Shown here: in pieces, positions 19,765-30,184 of the stretch
Position numbering within the stretch: the first letter of the stretch is position 1
How the letters are laid out: each line of letters opens with the position of its first letter
From: Bacteroidota bacterium
Lineage (GTDB): Bacteria > Bacteroidota > Bacteroidia > AKYH767-A > JAHEYN01
NCBI GenBank assembly: GCA_947448795.1
Contig: CANFOZ010000005.1
Location: 1-61,879, forward strand
Length of the DNA: 61,879 nt
Direction of reading: 5' to 3'
Made by a program: the position numbers and the translations under genes
The notes under the pieces: generated by a model
Seen by the model: only the letters and a program-made list of their open reading frames with translations
Database searches by the model: none
Told to the model about the DNA's origin: nothing

Positions 19765-20177
19765 GGCTGTCGCAGAAAATGGTATTTGGTTTTGACGAGG
19801 GCAGAATCTTTGTATTCCAAAACCAGGGTGTCGCTCACTAATTTGCAGATTTTATAGGGGCGTTTTTCGGTGCTGTTATCCACTGCGAGCGTGAGAACGC
19901 CAGCGTATTTATCCATGCTCCAGAGGCCTGTTGTAGCCACGCCACCGCTTGTTATACTAGCTTTGTGATCAGCGTCGAAACGCGCTTCGTCATTGGCTTC
20001 TTTTGTGTTTGCTTTTTTCATCATCCCAAACTCTTCAGACCCGGTGAATTTCCAATGCTGAGTTAGAAGCGTTTCTTTTGTGGCTTGCACAGAAGCGGAC
20101 TTGCTGTTTGTTGTTTGCGCGAAAGCTGCAGTAAAAGCAAGGACAGCGAAGAGGATTGTACATGGAATGCGGCTCAT
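19761..20177 (-). CDS. Secreted lipocalin-like hypothetical protein
   Basis: Signal peptide, LLTQHWKF, GLWSMD and KLVSDTLVL beta-barrel pattern. Confidence 0.6.
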   Translation of the reverse strand: MSRIPCTILFAVLAFTAAFAQTTNSKSASVQATKETLLTQHWKFTGSEEFGMMKKANTKEANDEARFDADHKASITSGGVATTGLWSMDKYAGVLTLAVDNSTEKRPYKICKLVSDTLVLEYKDSALVKTKYHFLRQP

Positions 20178-20620
20178 GATGCTTTGTTTTTTTGTAAAGC
20201 TAAGTAATGATCTTCTTTTGAACGCATTTCTTTTTTCTCAGCAGTCGTTTTGTCGCGATATCCGCACAGATGCAGCAGTCCATGAATGAGGACGCGGCTC
20301 AGCTCTTGTTGGACACTGACGCCAAAGGTTTTCGCATTATCACGCACGCGGTCGATGCTGATGTAGATTTCGCCTGAAACTGTTTCAGGACTATCTTTAG
20401 CAGCATAGTCGAACGTTAGAATGTCGGTGAGGGTGCGATGGTTGAGAAACTGAATATTCATCGCAAGCAAGGTGTCGTCACTGCAAAACACATACTGTAA
20501 ATCGGTGATGTCTTTCCCTTCTTTATGTGCGCTTTTGCGCAGCCAATTTCGATAGAAAGGAGCATCATTCAAAGGTGATTTTACACCTTGAGCAGCGAAG
20601 CGGATTTTAGGAGCAGGCAA
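20174..20620 (-). CDS. ybeY: rRNA maturation RNase YbeY
   Basis: TDILTFDY, GEIYISIDRV and IHGLLHLCGY motifs. Confidence 0.93.
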   Translation of the reverse strand: MPAPKIRFAAQGVKSPLNDAPFYRNWLRKSAHKEGKDITDLQYVFCSDDTLLAMNIQFLNHRTLTDILTFDYAAKDSPETVSGEIYISIDRVRDNAKTFGVSVQQELSRVLIHGLLHLCGYRDKTTAEKKEMRSKEDHYLALQKNKAS

Positions 20621-20626
20621 GGGGCT

Positions 20627-21040
20627 TTATGCAGAGAGTTTGAAGCCCAGCTCAACGGTTCTTCCGTAGTCTGAAAAAATCAGTTGGTCGGCTAAATGCT
20701 TCATCAGAAAAATTCCACGGCCGTTGGGATTCTCAATGTTTTCCGGCGCCGTTGGATCGGGGAGGAGGTAGTAGTTAAAGCCCTCGCCTTGGTCCTTGAT
20801 GATGAAAACGATTCGATCGTCTTTATAGGAACAATCAACTTTTACTTTTTTATCGGGGTTGGCTTTGTTGCCGTGAATAATTGCGTTGTTAACGGCTTCT
20901 GTAACAGCTACTAGCATATTGCCATACAGATCTTCACTCAAGGGAAACTGCTCCCGGATATCGTCAACTAATTTTTCAACGAGGTTAATGTTTTCAGCGC
21001 GGGAATCGAATTCCATTTTAGTGTCCATTTGTGTGAGCAT
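20627..21040 (-). CDS. RsbW-like anti-sigma factor / HATPase_c_2 ATP-binding protein
   Basis: EAVNNAIIHGN, DQGEGF and GRGIFLM motifs. Confidence 0.88.
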   Translation of the reverse strand: MLTQMDTKMEFDSRAENINLVEKLVDDIREQFPLSEDLYGNMLVAVTEAVNNAIIHGNKANPDKKVKVDCSYKDDRIVFIIKDQGEGFNYYLLPDPTAPENIENPNGRGIFLMKHLADQLIFSDYGRTVELGFKLSA

Positions 21041-21070
21041 GCGTAGAAGTGGTTTTTAAATAGCCCTCGA

Positions 21071-24000
21071 TTATTCTTTAATGTTCTTAAAATAATCGTC
21101 GACTTTGCTTTTATAATACGGACTTAAAGAAGGAGGAACTGTTTTTAAAAGCTCCATTTCTTTTTCTTTCAACCGCTTGTACGCTGCAAATTCTTCTGGG
21201 TTACGGGTGAACTCGTTTTTGCCTTCGGTTGATTCTCTCTTTTCTTCCTGATCTCGCTGCTGCTCTGCCTTTTCGGCCTCTAGCAAGCGAGTTAAAATTT
21301 CTTGCTGCCGCTTGAATGTTTCGTTGTTTAGGATTTTATTTACAAGGTCGGTTTCTGTTTTTTCCATCTCTTTGGCAAGCTTGTCGAGATCGCCCATAGT
21401 GCCCTTTCCGTCTTTGTTGTTCTCTTGATTGTAACGCTGTAATTCTTTGCGCAACATTTCTTGTTGGGCAGCCATGCGCGCCAATTGTTCGCTCATGCCA
21501 GGCTGTCCGCCAGGTACTTGGTTATTACCTGGTTTCTTGCCTTCCTGCATGCTTTTTTTCAAGGCATCCATCTGTTGGTTAATCGACTCCTGCATCTTTT
21601 TCATTTGTGCGGCAGACGAGGGCTTTCCACTGCCCGGCTTGCTGCAAGCGCTTCCCGGCTTCTTGCATTGCGATTTGCTTTTGCTCTTGCTTTGCTTCTC
21701 CGACTGTTGCTCGTTGGCTTTTTGTTGCATCTGCTGCAAGGCCTCATTAAGCATCAGTGCAAGGTTGTTCACCGAAGTCATGGCCATCTGCCCACGACCG
21801 CGAAGCATCGATATCTGCCGCTCTTGGAAGTAGTCGATGGCTTTGTCCATGTTGTCGTTTACCAAAGCAATTTCCCTGTTAACAACCGACTTGATTTGTG
21901 GCACCCGCTTGCTTAATGCGAAGAGCGAATCTTCAATCATTTTAGCGTCGTCTTTGAGTTTGCGTTGCAATTGCGCAGACTTGAGGTACTGCGGATTGTT
22001 GGTGCTCATCGTCTTCATCTGCTCCATCAATCCCTCTTGATCAAAGGAAAGCCGAAGGAGGTTCTCGAGCAGGGCGCGCAGGGCATCCATGTCTTCTTCC
22101 TGCTGCTCTTCCTCATTCTTTTCTTGCTGTTGCTGCATCTTTTCCGCCATAGACTTCATCTTTTCTGCGGCTTGCTTCTGCGACTTGGATGCGTTTTGCT
22201 TCTTGTTTTGGCTCAGGTTCGACTTGCTGTCTTTCATGTCCTGATCAATAGACTTTTGCTCCTCTTCGCTGTTTTTAAGCTCCTTTGGTTCTTCTAGTGC
22301 TTGATTTTTTTGTTCCAAGTCTTTGAGGTCTTTTTTCAAATCCTCGAATTGCTTGTTCAGCTCTTCCTGTTTTTTTTCTAATTCTTTGCTGTCGGCATTC
22401 TTGTCTTGTGATTCTTTTGAGAGCTGCTCTTGTTTTTCCGCGAGTTTTTGAAGGTTGTCGGTGGCTTCTTTCAGCTTCTGTTCCACTTCCATTTGCTTGA
22501 ATAGCTCCAACGTGCGATCCAGTTCTTTCGCAAGGTCTTTGTTTTCCAGTTTCATTTTATCAAGCTGGTCTTGGATCTTTTCTTTGTCTTGCTGCCCGAG
22601 CATCTTTTCTAAATCGGCCATGAGTTTTTTCATCTCCTCCGTCATCAGCTGATCCATGAGCTTGCGAAGCTCTTCGTGTTTTTGCGCGAGCTCTTTATCG
22701 GGCTCTTTGTATTCGGATTGTTTTTGGATGTTTTTTTCGTTTTCCCGTTCGGTTTTTTCTACCTCTTTCTGCAAGTCCCGTTGACGCTTGATGAGATCTT
22801 CGGCTTTCTTTTTCTCTTCCCAGCCAAGACTTTTTTTCTCCATCATCTTCTTCTCCAGCTCGGCAAGTTCCTTTTGGATATTCTTAGCTTCTGTAATACT
22901 TTCTTTCAGGCTCTTCTTGATTTCGGTATTGGTTTTGTCCGCACCTTCGGCGATCTGCTTGAGTGTCGGAGCTTTGAATTGCATCGACTGGGAGCGCGTG
23001 GATTTAGGTCCATGCACGCCGTCGTTGTCCCAAATTTCGAAGTAATATTCTAGACCTTCGCCGGCCTGAAGCCCTATTTCAGAGAGGTTCCAAACGCGGT
23101 AGAAGGTTTGCTCGGTGCTGTTTTTATCGATGTTAAGCCACTCCGACTTCATGGATGAGGAGTCTTTGTCGCGCTGTATTTTGTAGTGAAAAGCAAATTT
23201 GCTTAGGCCGTGATCATCGCTGACACTACCTTGAAAGACAAGGACTTTAGAAGAGCTGCTGTCTTCGTGTTGCTCGAGTTCGATGGCGGGGAATTGGTCG
23301 GGGATAACGGCTACGGCGTATTGGACGGAGTCTTTGTTTTTAAGGTATTGGTTGGATGTACTAACGGTATAGATGTCGTTATCCAGGAATCGTTTGCGAT
23401 AGACGAACTTGTCTTCGGACTGCCTTGTTGGTATTACGAGCGAGTCGCCAAAGCTCATCTGAAGCACCTCGGTATTTTTTGTATGAAAGGTCCATGTGGC
23501 GATGGTTCCAGCTGGAATATTGAGGTCGCCGGTGTTGGCGAGCTGCTGCGGCTTTTGGTTCAGATAGGCGGGGAATTGCAAACTGACTTCAAAGTCGAGC
23601 ACGATAGGCTTAGGGATAGCGGTTAGCGTGTATGTTTTCGAGTAAAATCCGGCGCCAAAGAATTTGAAGGAGGTGCTTTTCTGAACATTTTTAAAGAGGT
23701 ATTTAAAGGCAACCGGACTTTCTTTATCCATTCGGTATTGGTTGCCATCGATTTCCATAAACACGGCATCGGGAAGCTTGCTGCCTTCAATCTTTAGGTC
23801 GAGCGGGAAGTCTTCCTGCTGCATAGCCATTAGATTTTCATTTTGAAGGACGAAGGCGAAAGGGGCAGGCTTCTCGAAGTAGGTGTTATGCGCTAAAAGC
23901 CGAGACGTGCTTCCTGTAAGGATTGCGCGGTTGAAAAGCAGCAGTGCGAAAAGCAGCAGCAGGGGCAGTGCGATGAACTTGAGGTACTTTCGGTTTTCGT

Positions 24001-24457
24001 TGAAGTTGATCGCCGCTGTGAAGGGGATCGGCTTTAGGGCTTGAATTTTTTGGTCGATCCCTGCCTGAATAAGGGCTGCGTTATCCGTATCAAGTGTGGC
24101 TAGTTGCTTGAGTTGCAGCACATTTAACAGGCGATCTTGCACCGCAATGAAATGCTTGCCGATAATGGCCGCGGCTTCTTCGTGGCTGATGATGGCGCCG
24201 AGGCGATAGAGCTTTAGCGCTGGGATACAGAGCTGTCGAACGAAGACGGTTCCATTAACTATGATGAAGCCATAAAACAAGATGGAGCGCACGGTGGTGT
24301 TGAAATTTCCGACATACTCCAGCAGGATGATGCTTAGGTAAAAGGCTAAAAAGATTCCCGTGAAGTAGAGCGCCCCGCGTAGCAGCAGGTTTTTGTAGTA
24401 TTTCCGGATGAATTCATCCAGTTTTTCAATCAACAGCTCATAATTCGATCTCTGCAT
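21071..24457 (-). CDS. Large membrane-anchored coiled-coil protein (DUF4175-like)
   Basis: N-terminal TM helices, Ig-like middle region (DDHGL, WDNDGVHG), long Q/E/K coiled coils and RQQEILTRLLEAEKAE near the C-terminus. Confidence 0.75.
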   Translation of the reverse strand: MQRSNYELLIEKLDEFIRKYYKNLLLRGALYFTGIFLAFYLSIILLEYVGNFNTTVRSILFYGFIIVNGTVFVRQLCIPALKLYRLGAIISHEEAAAIIGKHFIAVQDRLLNVLQLKQLATLDTDNAALIQAGIDQKIQALKPIPFTAAINFNENRKYLKFIALPLLLLFALLLFNRAILTGSTSRLLAHNTYFEKPAPFAFVLQNENLMAMQQEDFPLDLKIEGSKLPDAVFMEIDGNQYRMDKESPVAFKYLFKNVQKSTSFKFFGAGFYSKTYTLTAIPKPIVLDFEVSLQFPAYLNQKPQQLANTGDLNIPAGTIATWTFHTKNTEVLQMSFGDSLVIPTRQSEDKFVYRKRFLDNDIYTVSTSNQYLKNKDSVQYAVAVIPDQFPAIELEQHEDSSSSKVLVFQGSVSDDHGLSKFAFHYKIQRDKDSSSMKSEWLNIDKNSTEQTFYRVWNLSEIGLQAGEGLEYYFEIWDNDGVHGPKSTRSQSMQFKAPTLKQIAEGADKTNTEIKKSLKESITEAKNIQKELAELEKKMMEKKSLGWEEKKKAEDLIKRQRDLQKEVEKTERENEKNIQKQSEYKEPDKELAQKHEELRKLMDQLMTEEMKKLMADLEKMLGQQDKEKIQDQLDKMKLENKDLAKELDRTLELFKQMEVEQKLKEATDNLQKLAEKQEQLSKESQDKNADSKELEKKQEELNKQFEDLKKDLKDLEQKNQALEEPKELKNSEEEQKSIDQDMKDSKSNLSQNKKQNASKSQKQAAEKMKSMAEKMQQQQEKNEEEQQEEDMDALRALLENLLRLSFDQEGLMEQMKTMSTNNPQYLKSAQLQRKLKDDAKMIEDSLFALSKRVPQIKSVVNREIALVNDNMDKAIDYFQERQISMLRGRGQMAMTSVNNLALMLNEALQQMQQKANEQQSEKQSKSKSKSQCKKPGSACSKPGSGKPSSAAQMKKMQESINQQMDALKKSMQEGKKPGNNQVPGGQPGMSEQLARMAAQQEMLRKELQRYNQENNKDGKGTMGDLDKLAKEMEKTETDLVNKILNNETFKRQQEILTRLLEAEKAEQQRDQEEKRESTEGKNEFTRNPEEFAAYKRLKEKEMELLKTVPPSLSPYYKSKVDDYFKNIKE

Positions 24458-24511
24458 TGTATTCGGGGGAGGCTAATCTTCTTTAAACGAAGGCGTTTCA
24501 AAAAAGTTGCC

Positions 24512-25393
24512 TTAAAAATTGCGAAATCTACCGAAAACACCAAGAGGCAGCTTTACGCCTGTGCTTGCTTGGAGATACAGCTCGCCGGTTTCTAATTTAT
24601 CTTGGGCCACGTCTTTCAGGAGGTTTTCGATAATCATGGAGGAGAAGCCGAGGGAGTATGCATTGAGGATGAGGAAGTGCTCTTTATCGAGCAGCTGGAT
24701 AACCTGGTCCATCATTTCGCGGATATCGTCTTCGAGCTTCCACTTCTCACCATCTTTTCCATGGCCGTAGGCAGGAGGATCGAGGATGATGCCGTTGTAT
24801 TTATTGCCTCTTTTCACTTCTCTTTTCACAAACTTCAATGCATCTTCGACTACCCAGCGGATGTCTTTTAAACCAGAGAGTTCCATGTTGTCGTTTGCCC
24901 AAGAGACAACTTGCTTGATAGAGTCGAGGTGTGTTACATCGGCACCTGCTGCTTTAGCGGCGATAGAGGCCGCACCGGTATAGGCGAAGAGGTTTAGAAA
25001 TTTCGGTTTCGGGACGCTCATTTTTTTTATCGAGTCCTGAATATAATCCCAGTTTACCGCCTGTTCGGGAAATATCCCTACATGCTTGAAAGAGGTGAGG
25101 GCCAGGCGGAAGTTGATTTTTATGGGATTGTCGCTATTGGCACCAAGGGTGTAGCCGATGTTCCATCGCTCCTTCATTGGCCGGAGTTTTTGCCACTCGC
25201 CTGAGGAGCTTGATTTAGGCAGAAATCGAACATGCGCTGTTTGTTCCCACTCTTTGAGTGTTTTTTTTCGTGCCCAAACGGCTTGTGGTTCAGGGCGTAT
25301 GGTGATGAGCTGGCCGAAGCGCTCGAGTTTTTCGAAATCACCGCAATCGATGAGTTCATAGTCTTGGAAATTGGATGGCGTAAGCATTAACAT
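24512..25393 (-). CDS. Class I SAM-dependent (RlmI/RlmK-like) RNA methyltransferase
   Basis: DYELIDCGDFEKLERFG, FKHVGIFPEQ, LNLFAYTG and DPPAYG motifs. Confidence 0.85.
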   Translation of the reverse strand: MLMLTPSNFQDYELIDCGDFEKLERFGQLITIRPEPQAVWARKKTLKEWEQTAHVRFLPKSSSSGEWQKLRPMKERWNIGYTLGANSDNPIKINFRLALTSFKHVGIFPEQAVNWDYIQDSIKKMSVPKPKFLNLFAYTGAASIAAKAAGADVTHLDSIKQVVSWANDNMELSGLKDIRWVVEDALKFVKREVKRGNKYNGIILDPPAYGHGKDGEKWKLEDDIREMMDQVIQLLDKEHFLILNAYSLGFSSMIIENLLKDVAQDKLETGELYLQASTGVKLPLGVFGRFRNF

Positions 25394-25519
25394 CTTGCAA
25401 ATTTACAATTTAAGACGCGGTATCGAAATGTTTTCAAAAAGCCCTTGCTGAAAACATTTCAGATTGGGATAGCATTAGGGGTTCATTAATCGTTAATTTC
25501 GAAAAAATTAAAATCCAAC

Positions 25520-26959
25520 ATGACAAAAAACGCAACTTGGTCGATGATGCTGACGCTCGTTTCAGTGTTCTTCTTTTGGGGCTTTGTGGCCGCCAGTAAC
25601 GACATTCTGATTCCTGTGTTCAAAGAGCATCTGCATTTGGAGCAATGGCAGAGTCAGCTCATCTCGGTGGCTTTTTATGTGGCCTACACGGTGGGGTCAA
25701 TTATTTATTTTGTGTTATCGCGCTCCACCGGTGGAGACATTCTCAATAAAATAGGATATAAGAACGGGATTGCTTTGGGTCTTGTCCTTTCGGCCTGTGG
25801 TACGCTCTTGTTTTATCCAGCAGCCATGTCGGCCTCGTTCCCGCTCATGATCAGTGGCTTGTTTATCGTGGGACTTGGCTTTTCCTTGCAACAAACGGCC
25901 GCCAATCCGTTGGCCATCAACATGGGTGATCCGATGAAGGGTTCGCAGCGTTTGAGTTTGGCTGGGGGTATTAATAACATTGGTACGACGATAGGCCCGG
26001 TGGTGGTGAGTATAGCCATCTTCGGATCCTTAGCACCCGGCGCGAAGCTGGAGAATTTAGAGTCGGTAAAGACACCGTATTTAATTCTTGGGGCCGCTTT
26101 TCTGGTGGTGGCTTTCCTTTTTAAGATTTCGTCCTTACCTAATCAGATACACCACGAGGAGACGGAGCAGGAGCGGGGTTCCAAGTCGCAGAAGTCGACA
26201 CGTGCAATTTCTTATCCGCAATTATGGATGGGGATGATAGCGATTTTTCTGTATGTCGGCGTGGAGGTTGCGACCGCATCGAATTTGCCTGAATTTATGA
26301 AGCAGAAGCTACATGTACCTACGGACCAGGTTTCGCCGTATGTTTCATTGTTTTGGGCCAGCTTGATGATTGGCCGATGGTCGGGTGCAGTGGGCGCCTT
26401 TAACATCAGCAAGCAAGGCCGAAAAATACTTTCCTTTGTGCTGCCGTATGTGGCCTTCGGTGTTTTTATGTTGGTTAATTATTTAGCTAACCAGAACCTT
26501 GCGCCATTTTACTCATACCTCTTCGTTATTCCTTTGATAATTATAGCCGACCTTTTGAGCAAAGGAAATCCTGCGCGTCAGTTGGTGCTATTCTCTGCGC
26601 TTGGAATCGTTGCTTTGCTCATCGGCATTTTAGCTGACGGCATGGTGAGTGCGTATGCCTTCATCAGCGTTGGGCTTTTTTGTTCAACACTATGGCCCTG
26701 CATTTTTACCTTGGCCATTGCTGGCTTGGGCAAGAAGACCAACGACGGCGCTAGCTTCTTGATCATGATGATTATGGGTGGAGGCTTGGTGAGCTGGTTG
26801 CAGGGGTATCTTGCCAAAGATGAATTGCTGGGGATACAATGGAGTTATCTTGTAGGTGTTTTTTGTTTCGTTTACCTAGCTTATTATGGCTGGCGAGTAA
26901 AATCCATCCTTTCAAAACAAGGGATTGATTACGATCTAGCATCAAGCAGCGCGCACTAA
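25520..26959 (+). CDS. MFS sugar transporter (FucP/GluP family)
   Basis: FFFWGF, LQQTAANP, FLYVGVEV and MIMGGG motifs; multiple TM helices. Confidence 0.88.
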   Translation: MTKNATWSMMLTLVSVFFFWGFVAASNDILIPVFKEHLHLEQWQSQLISVAFYVAYTVGSIIYFVLSRSTGGDILNKIGYKNGIALGLVLSACGTLLFYPAAMSASFPLMISGLFIVGLGFSLQQTAANPLAINMGDPMKGSQRLSLAGGINNIGTTIGPVVVSIAIFGSLAPGAKLENLESVKTPYLILGAAFLVVAFLFKISSLPNQIHHEETEQERGSKSQKSTRAISYPQLWMGMIAIFLYVGVEVATASNLPEFMKQKLHVPTDQVSPYVSLFWASLMIGRWSGAVGAFNISKQGRKILSFVLPYVAFGVFMLVNYLANQNLAPFYSYLFVIPLIIIADLLSKGNPARQLVLFSALGIVALLIGILADGMVSAYAFISVGLFCSTLWPCIFTLAIAGLGKKTNDGASFLIMMIMGGGLVSWLQGYLAKDELLGIQWSYLVGVFCFVYLAYYGWRVKSILSKQGIDYDLASSSAH

Positions 26960-27897
26960 TGAGACACGTTGTTGCAGCCATCGACATCGGTGGCACGAAT
27001 ACGAAGTTCGGCTTGGTTGACCGTGCGGGAAAGATTCTTTTCCAATCGACGTTATCCACCCGTTCATTTCCGGATCCGATAGATCTTGTAGCGCATCTTA
27101 AATCGATTTTTGAAAAGGAGGTGCAGCAGCTTGATGAAGCGAGCATCCTTGTAGGCATAGGCATCGGAGCTCCGAATGGAAACTATTTTACGGGGCAGAT
27201 TGAGTTTGCGCCGAATTTGCTGTGGAAAGGGAAAGTGCCATTGTGCAGTCTATTTGCCGAGGCCATGAACTGTCCGGCATGGCTTACAAACGATGCCAAT
27301 GCTGCGGCTTTGGGAGAGCTGGTTTATGGCGCGGCCAAAGGGATGAAGGATTTTTTGTTTATCACCTTGGGCACTGGATTGGGCAGCGGGATAGTAGCCA
27401 ATGGCGAGCTCATTTATGGCCACGACGGCTTTGCGGGTGAGGTAGGGCATGTTCTTGTTACACCTGGCGGAAGGCTTTGTGGTTGTGGTCGCAAGGGCTG
27501 TTTAGAAACCTATTGTTCAGCTACAGCTATAGTAACAACCTATCATGAATTGAAGAATAGCAAGGAGTTGGTGGATGCAAAGATTATCGCCGACAGAGCG
27601 CATGCGGGCGAGCGCGAAGCGTGTGAGGCCTTTCGATTGACAGGGGAAACTTTAGGTTTAGCCTTAGCGAATAGCGTGGCATATACGAGTCCGGCGGCCA
27701 TCTTTTTGTTTGGTGGATTAGCGCATGCGGGCGAGCTTTTGTTTGCCCCTACGCGCAGGAGTTTCGAAGAGAATCTGTTGATCATTTATAAAAACAAAAT
27801 AAAAATTCTCCCTTCTGGTCTGCACGAGGACGATGCTGCTTTACTAGGCTCGGCATCGCTAATTTGGCAGGAGTTGGGAAGGAAAAAGAAAAAGTAA
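26959..27897 (+). CDS. ROK-family sugar kinase
   Basis: IDIGGT, NDANAAALGE, TLGTGLGSG and GEVGH...CGCG..GCLE zinc motif. Confidence 0.92.
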   Translation: MRHVVAAIDIGGTNTKFGLVDRAGKILFQSTLSTRSFPDPIDLVAHLKSIFEKEVQQLDEASILVGIGIGAPNGNYFTGQIEFAPNLLWKGKVPLCSLFAEAMNCPAWLTNDANAAALGELVYGAAKGMKDFLFITLGTGLGSGIVANGELIYGHDGFAGEVGHVLVTPGGRLCGCGRKGCLETYCSATAIVTTYHELKNSKELVDAKIIADRAHAGEREACEAFRLTGETLGLALANSVAYTSPAAIFLFGGLAHAGELLFAPTRRSFEENLLIIYKNKIKILPSGLHEDDAALLGSASLIWQELGRKKKK

Positions 27898-27903
27898 AAA
27901 ACT

Positions 27904-29496
27904 ATGCGTCGCACTCCTTTACTCCTCTTGTTTATCGGCCTTGTTTTCGTTACTACAGCAAATGCGCAAGGCATCATCCCCAATCCCAAGAAGCAGGAGC
28001 TTCGTCCGGGTGTATTTCAGCTTATGAACGGCACGGTCTTAACCTATGCCACAGCGGATTGCAAGGAGGCTGCTGTTTTACTGCGTCAACAGATACAGAT
28101 GTATCAGGGCATTTCGTTGGTGTTGCAAGAAAAACCTAGTCCGAATACGCCCTTTATTCGCTTGGAGCAAGGCGTTTCGAAAAAGCATGCCGAGCGGTAT
28201 CGCATCAACATAACGCCCGATCAGGTGCTCATCCAAGGCGCATCGAAAGCAGGGCTGATCAATGGCATTTCGAGTTTTGTGCAAATGGCTAATCTTAAGA
28301 GCGAGGGATTGGCAGAAGCGCACAGTGTTCGAATCGATGACGAGCCGGCATTTGCTTGGCGCGGCATGCACTTGGATGTGTGTCGTCATTTCTTTAGCAA
28401 AGACGAGGTGAAGCGTTATATCGATTACCTTGCTTTGTATAAAATGAATGTGTTTCATTGGCACTTGACTGACGATCAAGGCTGGCGTATAGAGATTAAA
28501 AAGTATCCTTTGTTAACGGGTGTTGGCGGGTATCGCAAGGAAACCATTGTGGGTAGGCAGAGCGACACGGCTCGTTTTGACGGCATCCGTTACGGCGGCT
28601 TTTATACACAAGACGAGGTTCGAGAAGTTGTGGCGTATGCCGCGAGCAGAAACATTACGGTAGTGCCAGAGATAGAAATGCCAGGCCACGCTTTGGCTGC
28701 GCTTGCTGCTTATCCTGCGTTTTCATGCAATGGCGGCCCCATTGAAGTAGGCACTAAGTGGGGTGTTTTTGATGATGTATACTGTCCAGGGAAGGATTCT
28801 ACATTTCTTTTTCTGCAGGATATTTTGGACGAGGTGTGCTCGTTGTTTCCTAGTACATATATTCATATTGGCGGTGATGAGTGCGTTAAAAATCGATGGA
28901 AGCAGTGTGCTCGCTGTCAGGCTAGGATGAAAGCGCAGGGCTTAAAAAACGAGGAAGAGCTGCAAAGTTATTTTGTGCAACGCATCGAACGATACTTGAA
29001 TGGCAAAGGCCGACAGATGATTGGTTGGGACGAGATTCTCGAAGGCGGCTTGGCGCCTAACGCAGCGGTGATGAGCTGGCGTGGCACTTCGGGCGGCATT
29101 GCTGCAGCGAAGCTGAAGCACAAGGTTATTATGACGCCTGGTAAGCCGTGTTATTTTGACCACTACCAAGACCGCGACAGGTTGAAGGAGCCGCTAGCTA
29201 TTGGTGGATTCAATCCATTGGATTCGGTGTATTCGTATCATCCTTTACCAAAAGAATTGAGTACGAAAGAGCAGCGTTATATTTTAGGTGCGCAGGGCAA
29301 TGTATGGACTGAGTACATGCCCGATTTTAAGGAGGTGGAATACATGTCATTGCCTCGGATGGCAGCGCTATCGGAGGTTTTATGGACGCCAGATAAAAAG
29401 AAGAATTACGGCGATTTTTTAGTTCGACTAAGGTATCACACGGTGTTGCTTGATCGAATCGGCGCTATGTATGCAAAACATTTTTTACAAAAATAA
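27904..29496 (+). CDS. GH20 beta-N-acetylhexosaminidase
   Basis: WRGMHLDVCRHF, HWHLTDDQGWR, PEIEMPGH, HIGGDE catalytic motif and WTEY. Confidence 0.93.
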   Translation: MRRTPLLLLFIGLVFVTTANAQGIIPNPKKQELRPGVFQLMNGTVLTYATADCKEAAVLLRQQIQMYQGISLVLQEKPSPNTPFIRLEQGVSKKHAERYRINITPDQVLIQGASKAGLINGISSFVQMANLKSEGLAEAHSVRIDDEPAFAWRGMHLDVCRHFFSKDEVKRYIDYLALYKMNVFHWHLTDDQGWRIEIKKYPLLTGVGGYRKETIVGRQSDTARFDGIRYGGFYTQDEVREVVAYAASRNITVVPEIEMPGHALAALAAYPAFSCNGGPIEVGTKWGVFDDVYCPGKDSTFLFLQDILDEVCSLFPSTYIHIGGDECVKNRWKQCARCQARMKAQGLKNEEELQSYFVQRIERYLNGKGRQMIGWDEILEGGLAPNAAVMSWRGTSGGIAAAKLKHKVIMTPGKPCYFDHYQDRDRLKEPLAIGGFNPLDSVYSYHPLPKELSTKEQRYILGAQGNVWTEYMPDFKEVEYMSLPRMAALSEVLWTPDKKKNYGDFLVRLRYHTVLLDRIGAMYAKHFLQK

Positions 29497-29500
29497 CCCG

Positions 29501-30184
29501 ATGCTTAATAAACGCTTATTAGAGATTGTTGCTTTTCGTCCTGAATCGGCCTTGATTGCAGAGCAAGCAGGAGCTGATCGGATTGAGCTTTGTGATGACC
29601 ATGCAGCCTCAGGCATTACGCCATCAAAGGCCTCCTTGGATTTTGTGAGACATCGTTTAACGATCGATTTATTCGTCATGGTTAGACCGCGCGGAGGAGA
29701 TTTTGTGTATACAGATGAAGAGTTTGAGCAGATGAAAAGGGATATTGAGTATTGCAAGCAGATTGGTTGTGAAGGCGTTGTTTTCGGAATTCTTATGCCC
29801 GGTACCAACCTTGTTGATGAGACGCGCTGCTCTGCGCTAGTTGATCTAGCCGGCCCGATGGGTGTTACTTTTCATAGAGCGATAGACAAGACACCCGACG
29901 CACTGCAAGCGGTTGATTCCATTGCGCGTTGCGGCTTCCATCGAATACTTACCTCTGGCGGAGCAGACAACCCCTTGTTGGGAGCGACGCGCTTAAACGA
30001 CATGATTCGTTTGGCTGGAAAGCGTTTGTCAATAATGCCTGGCGGAGGTGTGCGAGCTGACAACATTAAACAGATAAAAGAGATTACAGGTGCTATGGAG
30101 TTTCATTCGTCTGCATTGAACCTAGAGACTATGCTGCCTGAGCTCGACGAAATCAGGACGATGAAAAGCATTCTTTTAGCATGA
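29501..30184 (+). CDS. cutC: CutC-family TIM-barrel protein
   Basis: GADRIELC, GITPS, MVRPRGGDFVY, TFHRAID, RILTSGG and MPGGGV motifs. Confidence 0.92.
   Translation: MLNKRLLEIVAFRPESALIAEQAGADRIELCDDHAASGITPSKASLDFVRHRLTIDLFVMVRPRGGDFVYTDEEFEQMKRDIEYCKQIGCEGVVFGILMPGTNLVDETRCSALVDLAGPMGVTFHRAIDKTPDALQAVDSIARCGFHRILTSGGADNPLLGATRLNDMIRLAGKRLSIMPGGGVRADNIKQIKEITGAMEFHSSALNLETMLPELDEIRTMKSILLA

Noticed and set aside
21071-24457. SMC/ATPase or defence-system call for the long coiled-coil protein
   Set aside because: No Walker A/B motifs are seen; the architecture fits a membrane-anchored DUF4175-like protein
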